From an uncultured Muribaculaceae bacterium (GTDB lineage Bacteria; Bacillota_I; Bacilli_A; RF39; UBA660): DNA of 64,000 nt. Under the pieces are notes generated by a model. It saw only the letters and a list, made by a program, of their open reading frames with translations. It ran no database searches and was not told the origin of the DNA. Shown one piece after another: positions 8,993 to 18,536 of this stretch; the first letter of the stretch is position 1; each line of letters begins with the position of its first letter. The DNA is taken from the NCBI GenBank assembly GCA_964371025.1, contig CAYJKH010000003.1, positions 19,891-83,890 of the forward strand, written 5' to 3'. A program made the position numbers and the translations under genes.

Positions 8993-9831
8993 TATTCTCC
9001 TCCAAATACTTCATAAGCATCCGTTACTACAAAAAATGCTGATGTATCTATCTTATGAATCCCTTCTTTTAAATGATAATAATTTTTGGTAGGTATAACG
9101 CACATTATTACATTTTTATGATTTTCATTAAAACCACCTTTACCTTTAAAAATAGTAGCTCCATGTCCTAGTGACTTTAGTATATATTCTCTAATTTCTT
9201 CTTCCTTATTTGTTACTATATAAAAGGCTTTATTATCTGATATTCCCATAATAACCTTATCTGACATAATACTTACTATATATAAAATAATTGCAGAATA
9301 TAAAAGCATGTTAATACCAAATACGAATACTGATGAAAGTACAATGAAACCATCGCTACATAACATACTTTTACCAATACTTATCTTAAAGTACTTAGAA
9401 ATTATTTGATTTAAGATATCAGTTCCTCCTGTTGTGAATCCTGCTTTAAATATTATCCCTGCCCCAAATCCATATAGTGCTGCCCCAAATATTGCTGCTA
9501 ATAATAAATTATCGATATATATATTTAATAACTCTGGTAAATTTGCTGTTAAATCAACACATAAAGGAAATAGTAATGTTCCTAAAATGGACGCTCTTGT
9601 TTTTTTTATTCCAAGTAAGAAAAAACTTAAAATTAATAATATAATTCCTGCTATAAGAATAACTATAGATGGAGATAATCCAAGAAAATTTTCAAGGATG
9701 ATAGCTATACCACTTACTCCCCCTGGGACTAATGTATTAGGAGATAAAAAGACATTAAATGCTATTGCTACTAGAAATAATCCAAATATAAATGATATAT
9801 ATCTATTTATAATATGCATGTATTTTTTCAA
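8992..9831 (-). CDS. YitT-family (DUF161 / DUF2179) integral membrane protein, paralog B
   Basis: 279 aa, collinear with the downstream paralog (GGVSGIAIILENFLGLSP... / ...SAFFVVTDAYEVFGG). Confidence 0.7.
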   Translation of the reverse strand: MKKYMHIINRYISFIFGLFLVAIAFNVFLSPNTLVPGGVSGIAIILENFLGLSPSIVILIAGIILLILSFFLLGIKKTRASILGTLLFPLCVDLTANLPELLNIYIDNLLLAAIFGAALYGFGAGIIFKAGFTTGGTDILNQIISKYFKISIGKSMLCSDGFIVLSSVFVFGINMLLYSAIILYIVSIMSDKVIMGISDNKAFYIVTNKEEEIREYILKSLGHGATIFKGKGGFNENHKNVIMCVIPTKNYYHLKEGIHKIDTSAFFVVTDAYEVFGGE

Positions 9832-9835
9832 ATTA

Positions 9836-10931
9836 TTAACCTCCTTTTAACAAAGCCTCCATAAATGGTGTTAAATCTCCATCTAATACTTTATTAACAT
9901 TACTTGTTTCATGTTTTGTTCGATGATCTTTTACCATCATATAAGGGTGCATTACATAACTTCTAATTTGTGATCCGAATTCAATATTTTTTTGTTCACT
10001 CTTTAATTCACCTTTTTTAGCTAATTCTTCTTGTTTTAGTTTAAATAAAACTTTATTTTTCAATACTTTTAAAGCTTGTTCTTTATTTTGGATTTGGCTT
10101 CTCTCGTTTTGAGAAGTTACTACTATTTTAGTAGGTAGATGAGTAATTCTAACAGCTGAGTCTGTTGTATTTACTCCTTGCCCCCCTGCTCCTGATGATC
10201 TATACACATCTATTCTTAAATCTTTGCTATCTAAAACTATATCTTCTATTTCTTCAGTTTCTGGGATTACTTCAACTGATGCAAAAGAAGTATGTCTTTT
10301 ATTAGAAGAATCAAAAGGGGATAAGCGAACTAATCTGTGAACTCCTACTTCACATTTTAAATATCCATAGGCATTTACCCCAATAACTTCAATAGAAACA
10401 CTTTTAACTCCAGTTGTATCACCATCTTGATAATCTATTATATTAATTTTATATCCTTCTTTTTCGCACCATCTTGTATACATTCTATAAAGCATATTAG
10501 CCCAGTCACAAGCTTCTGTACCACCTGCTCCACTATGAATATCAATCACACAATTTTGGTGATCAAATTCACCATTTAATAATATTTCTATTTCTAATTT
10601 TTCAAGTTGTTTATTAATTTCAAGAAATGTCTCTTCGACTAAATTAAACATTTCTGGATCATTATTATCTCTTAATTCTTCAATTAATGAAATACCGTCT
10701 TTTATTTGAATAGCTAAATTATTTATTGAACTAACAGTTTCTTTTAAATTATTCATTTCTTTTAAACTACTAGATGCTTTATCTTTATTATCCCAAAATA
10801 AAGGGTTAGCTATCTCTTCTTTTAACTCTTCTAGTCTTTTATTCTTAGCATCAACGTCAAAGTAACCCCCAAAATTCTTTTAGTGTATTATCTAATTTTT
10901 TATACTCGCTATACAATTCATTAATATCCAT
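9836..10931 (-). CDS. prfB: Peptide chain release factor 2. A canonical programmed +1 frameshift site (CUU UGA C) is present. Two additional single-base frame discontinuities appear in the assembled sequence.
   Basis: The body ORF 9836-10756 carries SPF and GGQ motifs. Upstream, the leader NELYSEYKKLDNTLKEFWGLL-UGA ends at CTT TGA C (10855-10861), preceded by a GGGGG SD-like element. The +1 frame continues DVDAKNKRLEELKEEIANP, matching E. coli DYDAKKERLEEV. The ATG at 10931 (RBS AAGGAG) is one base out of frame with the leader. Confidence 0.75.
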
Positions 10932-10960
10932 CTGCTCTCCTTATTATGTCTACATTATAA

Positions 10961-11019
10961 TATATTTACTATATAATTTCAAGAATAAAAGAATTACCTA
11001 AACGATAATTCTTACTTCT
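10961..11019 (-). terminator. secA terminator hairpin (aagaatta...taattctt plus U-run). It overlaps the prfB promoter (-35 TTGAAA, 17-nt spacer, -10 TATAAT).
   Basis: Inverted repeat aagaattacctaaacgataattctt. Minus-strand promoter TTGAAAttatatagtaaatatatTATAAT upstream of the prfB RBS. Confidence 0.5.
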
Positions 11020-13509
11020 TTATTTACCACAACATTTTTTATATTTTAAACCTGATCCACAAGGACAATCATCATTTCTTCCTACTTTATCAGATTTTAA
11101 TTGTTTTTTTACAGTTTCTTTCCCACCATCATTTCTAACAATGTTTTTTTCAGCTTCTGTACGTTCAACATTCTGAACTACTTCGGCTTTTAATAAGAAT
11201 ATCGTAATATCTTGATCCATTTTTATCATCATATGATCAAATAAATCGTACCCTTCTGTTGCATATGCTCTTAGTGGATCTGTTTGAGCATATCCCCTAA
11301 GATGAATACCTTCACGTAAATGAGACATAGTATTAATATGCTCCATCCAATATTTATCTAATACTTTTAAATAAATTGCTTTTTCAAATTCAGAGGATAT
11401 TTCTTTTGGAATTGTTTTTAATTTAATTTCATATTCCTCAATAATCTTATTATTTATTAATTCTACTACTTCTTCGATAGATATATCTTTTATGTCGATT
11501 TCAGTAAGTGGTTTTTTTAGTAAGTTACTATTACTAAACTCAATTATTTCATGATTATCAATTTCTGTTAAATATCCTTCTGGTTCAACATGTGATTTAA
11601 CTAAGTCTTCAACGTGATTTCTAATAGTTTTTAAAACTGTATCATGAATAGATTCTTTTTCTAATATTTCATTTCTTATCCCGTAAATAATTTCTCTTTG
11701 GTTATTCATAACATCATCATATTGTAATAATTGTTTTCTTCTATCAAAGTTATTTCCCTCTACCCTCTTTTGGGCATTAGAAACTGATTTAGTAAATGTT
11801 TTACTTCTGATAGCATTATCTCCAAATCCCATAGAACTCATCATATTACCAATTCTATCTGATCCAAACATTACCATTAATTCATCTTTCATTGAAACGA
11901 AAAACTGTGTATAACCAGGATCCCCTTGTCGTCCAGCACGCCCTCTTAATTGATTATCAATTCGTCGTGATTCATGTCTTTCTGTCCCTACTACACATAA
12001 TCCTCCAAGTTTTTTAATTTCATCACTTAGTTTAATATCTGTACCACGACCTGCCATATTAGTTGCAATTGTAACTGATTTTTTTTGTCCAATATTAGAA
12101 ATAATTTCTGCTTCACGAGCATGATTTTTAGCATTTAGGATTTCATGAGAAATTTTTTCTGCTTTTAATAATTTAGAAATTAATTCACTACTTTCAATTG
12201 ATATAGTCCCTATTAAGACTGGTTGCCCTTTTTGATATCTTTCTTTAATGAATGCTATCATTGCTCTATATTTAGCTTCACGAGATGCATAGACTAAATC
12301 AGGTTCATCAATTCTTTGTAATGGTCTATTTGTTGGTATTTCAATAACATACATATTATATATGTTTCTAAATTCCTCTTCTTCTGTTTTAGCAGTTCCT
12401 GTCATTCCAGATAGTTTTTCATACATTCTAAATAGATTTTGATATGTAATTGTTGCCAAAGTTTTTGTTTCTTGATTTATCTTTAAGTTTTCTTTAGCTT
12501 CTATCGCTTGATGCAGTCCTTCTGAATATGCTCTTCCTTTCATCAATCTTCCTGTAAAAGGATCAACTATTACTATTTTATCTTCTTGTACTACATAATC
12601 AACATCTTTTTTCATTGAGTAATTAGCTCGTAAAGCTTGGTTAATAAAATGAACAATAGTAGAATTGTTTATTTCATATAAATTGTTTATAGAAAACATT
12701 TTTTCTGCTTTATGAACTCCATTTTCAGTCAAATTAACACTTTTTGTTTTATCATCGAATATAAAATCTTCTTCTATTTTTAAATTCTTAGAAAATTTAT
12801 CAGCATCCATATACTGAGAACTTTGTTTTAATTGTCCTCCTGAAATTATTAATGGTGTTCTTGCTTCATCAATTAACACTGAATCTATTTCATCTATAAT
12901 CGCATAATTTAATGGTCTTTGAACTTTATTCTCTAATTTAACTACCATATTATCTCTTAAATAATCAAATCCAATTTCATTGTTTGTAGAATATAATATA
13001 TCACAGTTATAGGCTTCTTGCTTTTCTTTAGGACTCATATCTCTTGTATTAACACTTACCGTTAATCCTAAAAATCTATGAATTCCACCCATCCATTCAG
13101 CATCACGAGATGCTAAATATTCATTAACCGTAATAATATGCACTCCTTTTGCAGTTAATGCATTTAAATACGCTGGCATAACACTAGTTAAGGTTTTTCC
13201 TTCTCCTGTTTTCATTTCTGATATATTCCCAAAATGAATAGATAATGCTCCTAAAAGTTGAACATAAAAAGGTTTTTCTCCAATAACTCTATATGATGCT
13301 TCTCTAGCTGTTGCAAAAGCTTCTACAACAATATCGTCTACTGTTTCACCTTTTTCTAAACGTTTTTTAAACTCTTCTGTTTTTGCACATAGCTTTTCAT
13401 CAGATAATTTTGTATATTCTTCATCTAACGCAATAATTTGATCAGCTATTTTTTCGAATTTTTTTAATTCTTTATATTCATGGTCTAATAACTTTCTTAA
13501 TATTTTCAT
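11020..13509 (-). CDS. secA: Preprotein translocase ATPase SecA
   Basis: About 829 aa. C-terminal zinc-binding tail CPCGSGLKYKKCCG. The start is taken at MKILRK..., preceded by a perfect AGGAGG RBS. The 10 upstream codons in the ORF track are probably UTR. Confidence 0.95.
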   Translation of the reverse strand: MKILRKLLDHEYKELKKFEKIADQIIALDEEYTKLSDEKLCAKTEEFKKRLEKGETVDDIVVEAFATAREASYRVIGEKPFYVQLLGALSIHFGNISEMKTGEGKTLTSVMPAYLNALTAKGVHIITVNEYLASRDAEWMGGIHRFLGLTVSVNTRDMSPKEKQEAYNCDILYSTNNEIGFDYLRDNMVVKLENKVQRPLNYAIIDEIDSVLIDEARTPLIISGGQLKQSSQYMDADKFSKNLKIEEDFIFDDKTKSVNLTENGVHKAEKMFSINNLYEINNSTIVHFINQALRANYSMKKDVDYVVQEDKIVIVDPFTGRLMKGRAYSEGLHQAIEAKENLKINQETKTLATITYQNLFRMYEKLSGMTGTAKTEEEEFRNIYNMYVIEIPTNRPLQRIDEPDLVYASREAKYRAMIAFIKERYQKGQPVLIGTISIESSELISKLLKAEKISHEILNAKNHAREAEIISNIGQKKSVTIATNMAGRGTDIKLSDEIKKLGGLCVVGTERHESRRIDNQLRGRAGRQGDPGYTQFFVSMKDELMVMFGSDRIGNMMSSMGFGDNAIRSKTFTKSVSNAQKRVEGNNFDRRKQLLQYDDVMNNQREIIYGIRNEILEKESIHDTVLKTIRNHVEDLVKSHVEPEGYLTEIDNHEIIEFSNSNLLKKPLTEIDIKDISIEEVVELINNKIIEEYEIKLKTIPKEISSEFEKAIYLKVLDKYWMEHINTMSHLREGIHLRGYAQTDPLRAYATEGYDLFDHMMIKMDQDITIFLLKAEVVQNVERTEAEKNIVRNDGGKETVKKQLKSDKVGRNDDCPCGSGLKYKKCCGK

Positions 13510-13581
13510 ATAAACCTCCTTAATTATATATTTTATCAAAAAAAAACTAAGAATTAAAGTATTTCTTAGTTTTTGTATTAA

Positions 13582-14109
13582 TTATTCGCTTTCAATTGTT
13601 CCGTAATTACCATCTTTTCTTTTATAAATAACATTAGATTTTCCAGTTTCAGCATCTTTATACATAAAGAAGTTATGCTCTAACAATTCCATTTGCAATA
13701 TAGCTTCTTCTTCATCCATTGGTTTTACTTCTATTACTTTGCGTTTAACGATTTTATTTGTTTGCTCTTTTTCTTCTTCTTCAAAATCCATAACAGCAAA
13801 GTCAATATTTGTCTTTTCATTTTTATTTATTCTAGTTTTATTCTTTTTGATTTGCTTTTCTATTTTATCTAAAGTAACATCTATAGCAGCATAAAAGTCT
13901 GCTTGTGTCCCTTCTGCTCTTAATATAAAATTGTTTAATGGTAATGTTATTTCTACAGTTTGTTCATGTTTTTTTGCTTTTGCTATAATAGTAGCTCGAA
14001 TACTGTCATTTGTTTTTAGATATTTATTTAATCTCTCCATTTTTGCTTCAGCATATTCTTTCATAGCATCAGTGATTTTAATTTTGTCTCCTCTAATTAG
14101 TATTTCCAT
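13582..14109 (-). CDS. hpf: Ribosome hibernation promoting factor (long HPF)
   Basis: 175 aa; MEILIRG..ITDAMKEYAE..ERLNKY pattern. Confidence 0.85.
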   Translation of the reverse strand: MEILIRGDKIKITDAMKEYAEAKMERLNKYLKTNDSIRATIIAKAKKHEQTVEITLPLNNFILRAEGTQADFYAAIDVTLDKIEKQIKKNKTRINKNEKTNIDFAVMDFEEEEKEQTNKIVKRKVIEVKPMDEEEAILQMELLEHNFFMYKDAETGKSNVIYKRKDGNYGTIESE

Positions 14110-14317
14110 AATACCACCTCCATAATTATAGTTTATATTAATTATAAAAAAAAATCTACTTTTTTATATTTATTCTTTTAAAATTTTCAATTTAGTATTA
14201 AAATAAAGATATTAAATATAAGGATTGATATTTAATAATATTATAAGGAGGTATATAAATAAAAAATAGATCCAAAAAAAATATAGAGAGGATCTAGACA
14301 CAAAAAAAAATAAAACA

Positions 14318-15400
14318 TTATGAATTATGTTTTATTTTTTTTATTACTTCTTTTGTTATTTTTTGAGGTTTATCAGATATTATGCTAGTTTTAATAACAA
14401 ATAAAATAACAATAATTAATAATATAACATATATTATTTGAGCATATAGAGGATCTCCTAGTACATAAAAGACTGTCGCTACTGCAAAAAGAATGTTAAT
14501 AAAATATATTATAAATACTGTTTTACGTTGTGAGAAATTCATACCTAATAACTGATGATGGAGATGTTCTTTGTCCGCTTTAAATGGTGGTTGTTTTTTT
14601 AATAATCTTCTTATAATTGCAAATAGAGTATCTAACACAGGTATTGCTAGTATTAATACTGGTACAAAAAATGATGTTAATGCTGCTGCTTTAAATTCTA
14701 ATAATGTAATTACTGCTATTATAAATCCAATAAATGTACAGCAATCCCCTGCGAATATTTTAGCTGGATATGAGTTATGAATTAAAAATCCTAATGTAGA
14801 TCCTATCATTATTAATGTAAGAATCATAACAAGTGATTCTCCTCTGCCTTGGAAAAATCCAATATAAGCAACAGTAGCAAAGAATATAACAGCTATACCC
14901 CCACTCAATCCATCTAGTCCGTCTATTAAATTTACTATATTAGCACATGCTACAATAAATATTATTGTTAATGGATATGACCATAACCCAAAGTCAAAAG
15001 CATAGCCAAAGGCTGTTATATTATTTAGGAGTATTTCTCCATAAAATGTTATAATAGCTGCTGCTAGGATATGACCTATTAACTTATAACTTGATTTTAA
15101 TGGCTTTATATCATCAATTATTCCAGTTAGTATTATAATAAAGCTCCCTATTAAAATTGAATTCATTCTTATACTTTCTTCACCAAAAAGCATATAACCA
15201 AGTAAAAACGAGATAAATATTCCAAGAGCCCCTAATTTTGGGATTTCTTTTTTATGAATATGTCTATTGCCTTCAGCAGTACTAGGTTTATCAATTGCTC
15301 CTATATGATGAGCAATTTTTTTCATTACCGGCATTAATATTACCGCGAATATAAAAGTAACTAATATTATTTTAATTGCATAAAGTATATCTATTTCCAT
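14318..15400 (-). CDS. Glycosyltransferase family 4 polyprenyl-phosphate HexNAc-1-phosphate transferase (TagO/WecA-like, MraY superfamily)
   Basis: Motifs IDKPS...HxxxIPKLGALG and NxVNLIDGLDGL in a multi-TM protein. These are closer to WecA/TagO than to MraY. Confidence 0.65.
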   Translation of the reverse strand: MEIDILYAIKIILVTFIFAVILMPVMKKIAHHIGAIDKPSTAEGNRHIHKKEIPKLGALGIFISFLLGYMLFGEESIRMNSILIGSFIIILTGIIDDIKPLKSSYKLIGHILAAAIITFYGEILLNNITAFGYAFDFGLWSYPLTIIFIVACANIVNLIDGLDGLSGGIAVIFFATVAYIGFFQGRGESLVMILTLIMIGSTLGFLIHNSYPAKIFAGDCCTFIGFIIAVITLLEFKAAALTSFFVPVLILAIPVLDTLFAIIRRLLKKQPPFKADKEHLHHQLLGMNFSQRKTVFIIYFINILFAVATVFYVLGDPLYAQIIYVILLIIVILFVIKTSIISDKPQKITKEVIKKIKHNS

Positions 15401-15410
15401 ATTAACCTCA

Positions 15411-15608
15411 CTATACTATCTTCACTAATTCATATAAATCATATAAAAAGTTTGTAATTATATAAATTAACCCTATTCCTAAGAAGAAATAGAATAAAGT
15501 TGCCTGTCTAATTTTATTCTTTTTGAAAATTGAATTTATATTAACTGAATCCATCGCATAAATAACTAATATTGATACAATGATATATAATATTAACTTA
15601 AATTCCAT
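15411..15608 (-). CDS. Small (65 aa) hydrophobic two-TM protein of unknown function
   Basis: ORF with two predicted TM helices that overlaps the rpiB stop. It could be spurious in AT-rich DNA. Confidence 0.3.
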   Translation of the reverse strand: MEFKLILYIIVSILVIYAMDSVNINSIFKKNKIRQATLFYFFLGIGLIYIITNFLYDLYELVKIV

Positions 15609-16038
15609 TATTTATCTCATATTCAGAAATTTTTTTGATTCTTCTCATATGTCTTTCATCTAATTTAAATTCAGTATTAAGAAAAGTCTCAATTATTTCT
15701 AAAGCTTCTTCTATAGTTAAGTTTGCTGATAGTGCTATAATATTAGAATTATTATCAATTTTTGTAATTTTTGCTTCCTTAGCTGATACTACTCTAGCAC
15801 ATCTTACTCCCCTTACTTTATTACAAGCAATTGAAATTCCAATACCTGAACCACATATTGCAATTCCTAAATCAACTTTTTTGTCTCGTACTGCTTCTCC
15901 AAGCATAAAGGCATAATCGGGGTAATCAACACTTTCTATTGAATTAGTTCCAAAGTCAATTATATCAATCTCTAACTTTTCTTTTATTTTTTCTTTTAAA
16001 TCATATCCTCTATGATCGTTTGCTATTCCTATTTTCAT
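15598..16038 (-). CDS. rpiB: Ribose-5-phosphate isomerase B
   Basis: MKIGIANDHRGY...CGSGIGISIACNKVRGVRCA. The start was moved to the internal Met, which has a GGTGA RBS. Confidence 0.85.
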   Translation of the reverse strand: MKIGIANDHRGYDLKEKIKEKLEIDIIDFGTNSIESVDYPDYAFMLGEAVRDKKVDLGIAICGSGIGISIACNKVRGVRCARVVSAKEAKITKIDNNSNIIALSANLTIEEALEIIETFLNTEFKLDERHMRRIKKISEYEINNGI

Positions 16039-16071
16039 AAATTCACCTACTAAAATAATTATAGCACTTAA

Positions 16072-16097
16072 ACAAAAAAACTGCAATTATGCAGTTT
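16072..16097 (-). terminator. Rho-independent terminator after rpmE
   Basis: aaactgcaattatgcagttt hairpin followed by a U-run on the minus strand. Confidence 0.6.
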
Positions 16098-16299
16098 CTT
16101 TATTTAATCCATATTTTTTGTTGAATTTATCTACGTTACCAGCACGTGATGTTTTATTTTGTTTTCCTGTATAAAAAGGATGACATTTAGAACAAACCTC
16201 TACATTAATTTCATTTTTGATTGCTTCACAAGTAAAAGTTTCTCCACAAGCACATTTTACTGTACATTCCATATTTTCTGGATGAATATCTTTTTTCAT
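16087..16299 (-). CDS. rpmE: 50S ribosomal protein L31 (zinc-ribbon type)
   Basis: 70 aa; MKKDIHP...C.C...CSKCHPFYTG. Confidence 0.9.
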   Translation of the reverse strand: MKKDIHPENMECTVKCACGETFTCEAIKNEINVEVCSKCHPFYTGKQNKTSRAGNVDKFNKKYGLNKETA

Positions 16300-16391
16300 A
16301 GTTTTCTCCTTCCGCCATAATTAATAATAATTATAGTAATTAAAATTGCTCTCTTAATATATCACATATTATATTATTTTTCAAGTCTTAT

Positions 16392-17645
16392 TTAAATTTC
16401 TTTAATTTCTACTTTTGCACCGATTTCTGTTAGTTTTTCTACTATATTTTCATATCCTCTTAATATATGATCAACATCTTGAATAACTGTTTTGCCTTCT
16501 GCAATTAATCCAGCAGCAATCATAGCAGCTCCTGCTCTTAAATCGGTTGCTACTACTTCTGCTCCAACTAGCTTAGTTGGTCCTTCAATAAGTGCTTCTT
16601 GTCCTTTTACCTCAATCTTTGTTCCCATTTTATTTAAGTATGGAATATGCATAAATCTATTTTCCCAAATAGTTTCAATTACTTTTGATTTTCCATTGCA
16701 TTGAGTTAAAAGTATTGTAAATGGTTGTTGTAAATCTGTTGCAAAACCTGGGAATACTTGAGTTTTTAAAGTTGTTGTTTTTAAATTTTCACTTTTAGAT
16801 ACTATTACATAGTCACTACCAGTCTTAATTGATACCCCTATTTCTTTGAGTTTCGAAATTAAAGAATCAACATGCTCAATTATAATGTTATCCACTTTTA
16901 ATTTATTCCCTATTAAAGCACCCATTATTATATATGTTCCTGCTTCAATTCTATCAGGGATAACTTCATGAAAACACCCGTGTAGTTTTTCAACTCCCTC
17001 AATTGTAATAGTAGATGTTCCTGCCCCAGAAATTTTTGCCCCCATATTATTCAGCAGTATTGCTACACTTACAACTTCAGGTTCTTTTGCAGCATTTTCG
17101 ATAATCGTTTTACCAGTTGCTTTAACAGCTGCAAGCATGATGTTAACAGTAGCACCGTGTGATGCAAAATCTAAATATATATGGGCACCTTTTAATTCAG
17201 ATGCTTCTACCGTATATTTAGTTTCTTCTCTAGTAACAGTTGCTCCTAAAGCTTCAAATCCTTTTAAATGGAGATTTATTGGTCTTTCACCAATAGAACA
17301 CCCTCCTGGAAAATGCATAGATACTTTTTTATATTTACCAAGTAGCGCTCCCATAAAGTAGTATGATGCTCTTAATTTTTTCGAATGCTTTTCAGTAATA
17401 ACTTTATTTTCTAAATTAGTAGGATCAATAACTAAACTTTCACTTGCTCTTTTAACATCAACATTTAAAGTATTTAACATTTCGCATAATGCATCAGTAT
17501 CTTTAATTTCTGGTACATTACATATTGTAACTTCTTCGTCTGCCAAAATAGCAGCCGGTATTAAAGCAACAGTAGCATTTTTAGCACCACTTATTCTTAC
17601 TGTTCCAGTTAATTCATTTTCCCCAATTATTTCCATTACTTTCAT
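16392..17645 (-). CDS. murA: UDP-N-acetylglucosamine 1-carboxyvinyltransferase
   Basis: 417 aa EPSP-synthase fold, with ...GAKNA... near the N-terminus and an active-site Cys region. Confidence 0.9.
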   Translation of the reverse strand: MKVMEIIGENELTGTVRISGAKNATVALIPAAILADEEVTICNVPEIKDTDALCEMLNTLNVDVKRASESLVIDPTNLENKVITEKHSKKLRASYYFMGALLGKYKKVSMHFPGGCSIGERPINLHLKGFEALGATVTREETKYTVEASELKGAHIYLDFASHGATVNIMLAAVKATGKTIIENAAKEPEVVSVAILLNNMGAKISGAGTSTITIEGVEKLHGCFHEVIPDRIEAGTYIIMGALIGNKLKVDNIIIEHVDSLISKLKEIGVSIKTGSDYVIVSKSENLKTTTLKTQVFPGFATDLQQPFTILLTQCNGKSKVIETIWENRFMHIPYLNKMGTKIEVKGQEALIEGPTKLVGAEVVATDLRAGAAMIAAGLIAEGKTVIQDVDHILRGYENIVEKLTEIGAKVEIKEI

Positions 17646-17694
17646 AATACTACCTCCTGTAGTTTTTACTAGTGTTTTTAATATATGTAATTAT

Positions 17695-18534
17695 TTAGTT
17701 TTTGTCAAGATAACTAATATTATTAAATATGAATACCATTCTATCTTTTCCTGATAAATCTTTTTTCACTTCTATTACTGAGTTTGGTAAGTATTCTTTA
17801 ATTAGCTTTTTTATAGACTCTTTTTGTGTCATACCAATTTCAAAGCAAATTAAACTATGATAATTCATATGCTTAACAACATTTTTCAATATTTTTTTAT
17901 AACAATCTAACCCATCACTTCCAGCATATAAAGCTAGGTGAGGTTCATTATCTTTTACAACATCTTCAATTTCTTCATCATTTTTTATATAAGGTGGATT
18001 ACTTATAATAATATCATATTTACCATTCACATTATCCAGCATATCACTTTGATAAATAGTAACATCTGCATTTAGTCTTTTGGCATTTTCTTTTGCAACA
18101 CTTATTGCGTCTTCACTAATATCTATTAAATCTACTCTAGCTTTTGCTAAATGTTTTTTTATAGTTAATCCTATACAACCACTTCCACACCCTAAATCTA
18201 TGATTGCTACATCTTCATTAAAATATTGATATATATATTTTAATGTATTTTCAATTAACTCTTCTGTTTCAAATCTAGGTATTAATACATTATTATTTAT
18301 AAAAAATTTTTCTCCATAAAAATTAACATTTCCCAAAGCATATTGAATAGGTGTTCCTTCTTTAACAGCTTGAACAACCTCAAAGTATTTATCCACATCT
18401 TCTTGGGATAACTCTTTATCTAGATAATTCAAAATTTCTAAAGGATTATACCCTAACATTTCCGCTAATAATAATTTAGCATGTGATGATGAAATATTTT
18501 GCTTCCCCTTAGATATTGCCTCAGATATTGTCAT
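17695..18534 (-). CDS. prmC: Release factor glutamine N5-methyltransferase
   Basis: NPPY motif and SAM-binding DLGCGSG. It is adjacent to prfA. Confidence 0.85.
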   Translation of the reverse strand: MTISEAISKGKQNISSSHAKLLLAEMLGYNPLEILNYLDKELSQEDVDKYFEVVQAVKEGTPIQYALGNVNFYGEKFFINNNVLIPRFETEELIENTLKYIYQYFNEDVAIIDLGCGSGCIGLTIKKHLAKARVDLIDISEDAISVAKENAKRLNADVTIYQSDMLDNVNGKYDIIISNPPYIKNDEEIEDVVKDNEPHLALYAGSDGLDCYKKILKNVVKHMNYHSLICFEIGMTQKESIKKLIKEYLPNSVIEVKKDLSGKDRMVFIFNNISYLDKN

Positions 18535-18536
18535 AA

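Noticed and set aside
9434-9850. 138-aa plus-strand ORF
   Set aside because: It is antisense to the YitT-family gene. The shadow ORF mirrors hydrophobic codons.
10929-10931. Treating the ATG at 10931 as a clean in-frame start of prfB
   Set aside because: Direct reading gives ATG GAT ATT AAA TGA. The frame only joins the conserved RF2 leader if one A is removed from the A-run. It is kept as an open observation, not asserted.
14220-14260. Strong plus-strand SD-like sequence (TAAGGAGGT) in the hpf / GT4 intergenic region
   Set aside because: No start codon or ORF follows it on the plus strand. It is probably fortuitous.
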